Source: Lingula anatina | Taxonomy: Eukaryota > Animalia > Brachiopoda | NCBI GenBank assembly: GCA_051362555.1 | Contig: CM120641.1 | Span: 16,554,001 to 16,618,000 of the forward strand | Length of the DNA: 64,000 nt | Direction of reading: 5' to 3' | Part shown: in pieces, positions 63,896-64,000 of the stretch | Layout: each line of letters begins with the position of its first letter | Position numbering within the stretch: position 1 is the first letter of the stretch | Position numbers and translations under genes: made by a program | Notes under the pieces: generated by a model | What the model was told of the DNA's origin: nothing | Databases searched by the model: none | Seen by the model: only the letters and a program-made list of their open reading frames with translations

Positions 63896-64000
63896 GTAGG
63901 TCTGACCACCATCATGAGCCTTAAGCTTACAAAAGATCAAATAAGTGTGGGATTAACTTGGCTGGACAATTATTAACTTGTTAAGTTTTAAAATGAAATT

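Overview
AT-rich, intron-rich animal genomic DNA, most likely from an invertebrate. The repeat types look lophotrochozoan/mollusc-like, but this is inference. Four host genes were assembled by hand from splice sites and protein motifs: PPIP5K/VIP1 (+, 142-31089), a Na+/Ca2+ exchanger of the SLC8/NCX family (-, 55213-34708), SNU13/NHP2L1 (-, 61662-59831) and the 5' part of DMC1 (+, from 62500, running off the window), head-to-head with SNU13. Two things stand out. (1) Inside a PPIP5K intron, nested in a 6.9-kb Helentron-type non-autonomous repeat, is a CpG-rich ~2.4-kb insert on the minus strand. It has its own CCAAT promoter, a 50-nt intron and an intact 192-aa SGNH hydrolase ORF. Downstream of the ORF is an array of 13-14 double-hairpin modules whose stems covary while the junction bases stay fixed, which suggests a structured RNA array. 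(2) PPIP5K carries duplicated, apparently mutually exclusive exons in both its kinase and its phosphatase domain, plus a third pair of homologous exons in the C-terminal tail. Also present: decayed Penelope-like fragments with hammerhead remnants, a foldback element with an 8-bp target-site duplication, further Helentron-type elements and MITEs, and microsatellites. Coordinates were read by eye and may be off by a few bases. No database searches were run.
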